Shown piece by piece: positions 63,101 through 64,000 of a stretch of DNA of 64,000 nucleotides. The DNA comes from the human T2T-CHM13v2.0 reference genome, Homo sapiens. The first letter of the stretch is position 1. Every line of letters starts with the position of its first letter. The notes beneath the pieces are model-generated. The model saw only the letters and a list, made by a program, of their open reading frames with translations. It searched no databases and was not told the DNA's origin. A program made the position numbers and the translations under genes. The stretch lies in assembly GCF_009914755.1 (NCBI RefSeq), contig NC_060941.1; one strand, written 5' to 3'.

Positions 63101-64000
63101 TGCTCAAAGTCACACCTAAGAGACTTGTTCAATGAATATTTACTGAACATCTCCATAGACCAGGCACTACGGGCTGACCTGCTCTGAGCCCAGGAGCCCC
63201 AAAGCCTGGATACCACTGTGAGCCCAAGAACTCAGGGAAGCAGTTCCTTCCCAGGCTGTGATCCCAGCCTTTTGGATCTGGATGGCATGTTGGCACTTCC
63301 CCCAAGTGGAGTCCCATGTCTCAGGGGCTTTGGCTGCCTGAGAAGGCTGGAGAGACCAGGAACCCATGGAGGCCACTCCAAGGGGTCCTTCTGCCCACAC
63401 TGCCCAAGAAGCTTGGGCTACACCACTGGGCCCCTCCCAACCTACAGATGAATTTTGATTGCTCTCATTTGTGTTTTGCTTGTAAAAATGAATTGTTTTC
63501 CACTGGATTTCTGGCTGCTTTTGCAAAAGTCAGCTGCGCTGGCAGACTGGGCCTGCATGTCCTCCTGCAGGCAGCTAGAGTGAGGGAGTCTAATGGACAG
63601 GATGCCCCAAGTGCCCCCGTTGCTCATGGATGCCCCTGCCTGCCTCTCATGAGCACATAGTCCTGTCCCCTGGTCTAGATAAGCCCAGCTTTCCTGGTAC
63701 CCTTCATCACCTGGCAGACAGACAGCCCCATGCCAACCCTGGACATTACTTGCTTTTGAACCTTTCCTTTCTCAACAACCATGAACTTCAAATGCTTTCT
63801 GTCTCAGGACACTTTAGAATAACAATGGAAGCCATCACTTATTGAGCACCCCTTATGTCCATTTATTCAACCAATGATTATTTAGGGATCTCTTATTGAG
63901 CACCAGGCAGCATCCTGGGTGCTTGGTGCAGCAAGGAACAGGACCAAGTCTCTGCCTCATGGGGCTGACATCCTAGTGGGTGAGAAAGACAATAAACCAA
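60183..64000 (+). other. WNT9B: Probable long WNT9B 3' UTR
   Basis: No Alus; AU-rich block at 62550-62640; the first AATAAA I could find after the stop is at 63991-63996. Confidence 0.6.
63991..63996 (+). terminator. Candidate polyadenylation signal AATAAA inside an L2-like fragment (~63860-64000)
   Basis: TCTGCCTCATGGGGCTGACATCCTAGTGGG..AGACAATAAAC resembles L2 sequence; cleavage site would be just off-window. Confidence 0.5.

Overview
Human (primate) genomic DNA from the head-to-head WNT3/WNT9B locus (17q21 from memory). The left end holds the CpG-island promoter and coding exon 1 of WNT3 on the minus strand (MEPHLLGLLLGLLLGGTRVLAGYPIWW, donor TG|GTAAGA); the rest of WNT3 lies off-window to the left. 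The complete 4-exon WNT9B CDS is on the plus strand (35106-35182, 55983-56239, 58565-58830, 59709-60182; 1074 nt = 357 aa + stop, all introns GT-AG), followed by a long 3' UTR. About 40 Alus, two L1 remnants, MIR/L2/MER/MLT fragments and microsatellites fill the rest. There are no prokaryotic-type systems, and the other ORFs in the track are repeat-derived or GC-rich shadows. Best leads: (1) a candidate bidirectional CRE-rich promoter at ~16.6 kb flanked by two opposite GTGAGT donors, each closing a phase-2 ATG-led exon that could replace the signal-peptide exon of WNT9B or WNT3; (2) uORFs on both genes, one with a TAATG stop/start overlap and one that stops only after splicing; (3) divergent CTCF motifs between the genes; (4) PBX-MEIS/PREP and HNF1 motifs; (5) an inverted duplication of non-Alu sequence in WNT9B intron 2; (6) a templated local insertion inside an AluJ that preserves an empty Alu site. 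All regulatory readings are motif-level inferences, and repeat coordinates are by eye.
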